From positions 387,949 through 451,948 of the forward strand of contig OZ287698.1 in the NCBI GenBank assembly GCA_965649825.1: DNA of 64,000 nucleotides, written 5' to 3'. The position numbers and the translations under genes are program-made. The DNA comes from Penicillus capitatus (lineage: Eukaryota; Plantae; Chlorophyta). How positions within the stretch are numbered: the first letter of the stretch is position 1; each line of letters begins with the position of its first letter. The notes under the pieces are model-generated. The model had not been told where the DNA came from. It saw only the letters and a program-made list of their open reading frames with translations, and searched no databases. Of this stretch, positions 60,307 through 64,000 are shown piece by piece.

Positions 60307-60834
60307 ATGGTTTCGGAGCGAGGTTTGCATGGCCTGCTCCTCTTCGGATTGAGCCTATTCTGGGTGACTGCACTTTGGGGTCACCAATCTGATGACCTTT
60401 CAGATGTCAGAAAGACCACACTTGAGACCATCAGACACTTCGTACACGGACAAGGCGACTGGACAGACGACTACATTTTCAATATAAAAAGAAATCTGGA
60501 TCTACAACTGCTCCACGAAACAGGGGAGAGAAAGGCCATGGCAGTAATCTTGTACTGCACAACAAACAAGTGTGACAGCATCTCGGAACGCCTCAGGACA
60601 ATGAGCACCGAAAAAAAATCGCACATGGGAGACTGCATGCACTACATAAAGGGACACAGTGAAGAACACGAGGATCTTGGAGGACAGACGCAAAAAACGA
60701 TCATTGATGCCGTCGGTGAATGTCCAAACAGCGTCATCGTTTACGATGCTCTACAGGGAATGACCCTGAGTGAGGCGAAGGTTCTTGTCAATGTGCTGTC
60801 AGAGAAGAGATTCGCAATCTCACAGAGGGTGTAG
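60307..60834 (+). CDS. Extra ORF0: signal peptide plus torsin-like (AAA+) pseudo-ATPase fragment
   Basis: Hydrophobic N-terminus. By-eye alignment to torsin: FVHGQ ~ LFGQH; KAMAVILY ~ KPLTLSLH; VGECPNSVIVYDALQGM ~ VSACARSIFIFDEMDKM. Walker A absent; Walker B E replaced by A. Confidence 0.55.
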   Translation: MVSERGLHGLLLFGLSLFWVTALWGHQSDDLSDVRKTTLETIRHFVHGQGDWTDDYIFNIKRNLDLQLLHETGERKAMAVILYCTTNKCDSISERLRTMSTEKKSHMGDCMHYIKGHSEEHEDLGGQTQKTIIDAVGECPNSVIVYDALQGMTLSEAKVLVNVLSEKRFAISQRV

Positions 60835-60851
60835 CGAGAAATGCCGAAGAG

Positions 60852-61331
60852 ATGGAGAAAAGGGTAATCAATCAACAACGAATGATGCAAGGCACGATCG
60901 AATCAAGCCTCCAAACTTTAAATCAAAGAGTGGAAGAGTTGGACGACAGAATTCGAAGGGATCCACAGGCGCCGCGGCAGCAGGCACGAGCCCCATCGAT
61001 GAATGACTGGATTGAAGCGGAGAGAGAGCACCTGGGAGGTGGTATGACAGATCATGACCGCAGACGACTTGAGAGGCAGTATCGGAGAGTGCAGGAACAT
61101 GTGCAAAGGCAACCACAAGGAGAAGTGGGAGAAATACAGCCAGACGTACATATCGACCAAGTCAAAAGGCAACAAGTTACATTCGGTCCAGCGATCCAAG
61201 ATCTGCAAAGAATGTTGCCCAAAGGAAAGGAAGATATTAGCCAGTTCGCGATTCGGTTGACGACCTTAATGGACAAGATCCGACAACCAAAGAAGTTTCT
61301 GGGTTTGATAATAGCACAAATAAACCCTTAG
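60852..61331 (+). CDS. Gag N-terminal part (truncated)
   Basis: Coiled coil followed by QGKEDISQFAIRL-like gag segment (KGKEDISQFAIRL); lies between the PBS and the protease remnant. Confidence 0.65.
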   Translation: MEKRVINQQRMMQGTIESSLQTLNQRVEELDDRIRRDPQAPRQQARAPSMNDWIEAEREHLGGGMTDHDRRRLERQYRRVQEHVQRQPQGEVGEIQPDVHIDQVKRQQVTFGPAIQDLQRMLPKGKEDISQFAIRLTTLMDKIRQPKKFLGLIIAQINP

Positions 61332-61518
61332 GAGAAGTCACATTAGAGTGTTCTCTTGGCGACAAGGAAACGCAGCTTTCGTTTTTGGTCTGCAAGGGAG
61401 TAAGCAAACCAATCTTAGGATTACGAGCTTTACAGACTCTAGGCTTACAGTTAGACTGTGAACGAGATTGTGTTTTTGACAGCGATGGGAGAAAAATTCT
61501 GATTCATCAAGTATCCCT

Positions 61519-64000
61519 GCAAAAAAACTGAAGAATGAGCCTGTTTTTCAGCAGGCGACATATAATCAAAGAGAAAAGGGGGATGAAATCAAAAAGCTAA
61601 TTCTCATAAGTCGCAATTGGACAAAAAAGGGGAAAAAGAAACAAAAAGAAGTCTCAAGTGCCGGTTGCCTCCATGTAACAGAGGAGATCAAACCGGAATT
61701 TTTTCCTTTCAAAAGAAATGGGTGGCTCATCTTTGTGGCAGGAAGGAGTATAGTGTTAGGGCCTTTTAAGAGTAGAAGAATTATCTTACCTTTTAGATTT
61801 TCCGAGGACGCAGAATGGAAAGCAATTTTTGACTGCACACAAAATAAAGGAATATTCTGCCGTTGCAAGATTTACACAAATGGGCAGATAAGTATAGTAA
61901 TCTTCAACCAAACTGATGTTCCACAGCATATCACAAGCAAAATGAAGTTAGTGTGTGGAAAGGTGAACATAGATTGGATTATCGATGTTAACGGGGTGAA
62001 GCATGCATTAAAGAACGATACGAAGAAAATACAAATGGTGACGAGTTCAGTAGATAAGCACGATACGATGAGTTTAGTACAGAGGTTAAAAGGCATCTTC
62101 CCGAATGTTTTTTGTGACAAGGTCAGATCAGCGAATGAGAATTTACTACGTATTAGAGTTAGCGAAAGGGATCTAGTATGGAATTTTGAGCCTAAACCTT
62201 GCTGGCGAGAAAACTATTTTTCCGATCTGACCGAAAAAGAGATTACCGAAGAGATAGAGTCGTTACTTGAAGAAGAGATCATTCGAGTGTTATCTACGGA
62301 GGAAGCCATTCATGCAGTCGTGGCACCTTTGAACTTTTTGAGAAAACCAAATGGGAAAATAAGACCGACTATTGACTTCAGAGATATCAACACATATCTA
62401 AAAGGGAGTCAAGGTGGCACAATAACCCCGGTAGCTGACGCAATTAGTAAAATCGATCCAAGTTGGACTGTTTTTAATATTGTTGACGTGGTCCATGGGT
62501 ACGGTTCAATACCAATAGACGATAGTCTGTCTAAGTTTTTCGCATTGCATTGGAAGGGGATAACATATGGTTTCCGTAGACTTCCGCAGGGTGTTAACAT
62601 AAGTCCGGAGCTCTTTAATAATAGAATGACTCACATTCTGCAAGGACTAGACGTGATAAGATATTTTGACGATATATTAGTGGGTGGAGAAACAGTGAAT
62701 GATCTCTTTGAAAAGACTAGGCTGCTATTACAGCGTTTTGATGAATATGGTCTGACGGTCAACATACAAAAATGTGATTGGTTCAAGAGCTCCGTGAGTT
62801 TTTTGGGTACAGAACTGAATAATGGCACCATCAACCCATACCACAAGCTGCAAGCCATTTTACAGAAGTTGCCAAGGATCGAATCACGCCATGACGTTCA
62901 AAGAGCAGTGGGGCTGTGTCAACAAGTCGCACCATATTGCTACAAATACACATATGTCATGAATGAGCTGAAGCCGTTTCTTAAAAGAGAAAATAATGAT
63001 TACAAACAAGCGAATAAGATTTTTCAAGAGACAGTAACCGATTTGTGTATTAATGCATACAGATTGACACTACAGAGGGTGGGTCCGTTTCATTTGTACA
63101 CCGATTGGTGTGGAAACCCTTTGAACCAGTTTGGATTCGTTCTCTTTAATTCAGCTTTGCAACCATGTGTTTTTGGTTCGTTTGCTACAAGCGAGAAGGT
63201 AGGAAGTTTTTTGGGGGAGTTGATGGGGATCGTGGAAGCTTTAAAGCAATGTTTTTACATGACAAAGGGATTTGCTGTTACCGTATATTCGGATAACCAG
63301 GCCACAATAGAGTGGCTGAAGGAGCCAACATTTTTGCACAAATTCAAGGATTTAAGGATACAACGACAATACAGTTGGCTGAGGCATCATTTTTCACTAG
63401 ACAGACTGAATTTCCGTTTCGTAGAAGGGAAAGACAATGCGATTGCAGATGTACTCAGTCGATGGAAAGTGGCTAATCCAGTGACCTCGGAAATCAACCA
63501 AAAACACCAGGGCTACCAAGTTTGTACCCTCGGGGTACAACAAGAAACACAAAGTTGGCGTAGGGATGCGATTGCTCGAGCACACAAAGGCCACTTTGGA
63601 ATTAGAAAGACGTGGTTGAATTTGAGATCGGATGGGTTCAGGTGGGAAAATGATTACGAAGACGTCAAAAGTTTCGTTCAGACTTGCGATGTTTGCCAGC
63701 AATTTAGACAATTGCAACACAACGTAGATTTAGGGATGATAGATAGTCCAACACCAAACCATACCTTGTGTTTAGATTTCATCGGTCCGTTACCTAGAGG
63801 AAGGCATGGTTATCGTTTTATCGCAACCGGTATAGATGCATTTACCAAGTTTGGCACGGCGCAAGCATCTAAAACGTGTTCTACTACTCAGATCATAAAG
63901 CTGCTGAAGAACTGGATTGCATTGAATGGCCCACCGGAACGTATTCTGTGTGACAATGGAGCAGCATTCATCTCAAAAGAGTTTGAGAGTTTCTGTGAGC
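61519..64000 (+). CDS. Pol frame: dUTPase-like segment, RT, RNase H, integrase; open to the window end
   Basis: Single frame (position mod 3 = 1) checked at 61519, 62371, 62662 and 63961; no stop found when read through. Confidence 0.88.

Larger units (their letters stand above)
60224..64000 (+). mobile_element. Ty3/gypsy LTR retrotransposon, runs off the window; internal gag/PR deletion, RT-RH-IN frame open
   Basis: Putative 84-bp LTR (TGT...ACA, 60224-60307) and PBS TGGTTTCGGAGCG at 60308. Pol motifs: RPTIDFRDIN, LPQG, YFDD; RNase H LYTD/ELMG/YSDN/ADVLSR; integrase HKGH-CDVC, LDFIG, CDNG. Confidence 0.95.

Overview
Compact, gene-dense eukaryotic nuclear DNA with ~45-60 nt GT-AG introns and the standard genetic code. 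The gene content suggests a green alga (VPS10 receptor, plant-type P4H, plant-type half-size ABCA, AP-4); this taxonomy is inference only. Housekeeping genes: VPS10-domain receptor, SKI3, U1A/U2B'', LYR protein, COA4-like, PH-kinase, prolyl 4-hydroxylase, MiaB/CDK5RAP1, two alpha/beta hydrolases, glycerol kinase, mL54, AP4S, a class I methyltransferase, a filamin-vWA protein, Nup58 and a TDA3-like oxidoreductase. Structural highlights: (1) three ABCA paralogues sharing a near-identical NBD tract; (2) a 2.6 kb inverted duplication (12004-14602 / 40539-43138); (3) a nested LTR cluster at 34.4-40.1 kb containing a very young 1.5 kb Pol-less element with identical 97-bp LTRs and a coiled-coil+CCHC ORF; (4) a Ty3/gypsy element at the right end with a signal-peptide, torsin-like pseudo-ATPase ORF before gag, a dUTPase-like segment between PR and RT, and an A-AAA-AAC site at the PR/pol junction. 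Several same-strand genes overlap or are under 40 bp apart and are polycistron candidates. Spliced-gene boundaries were read by eye and are approximate where noted.
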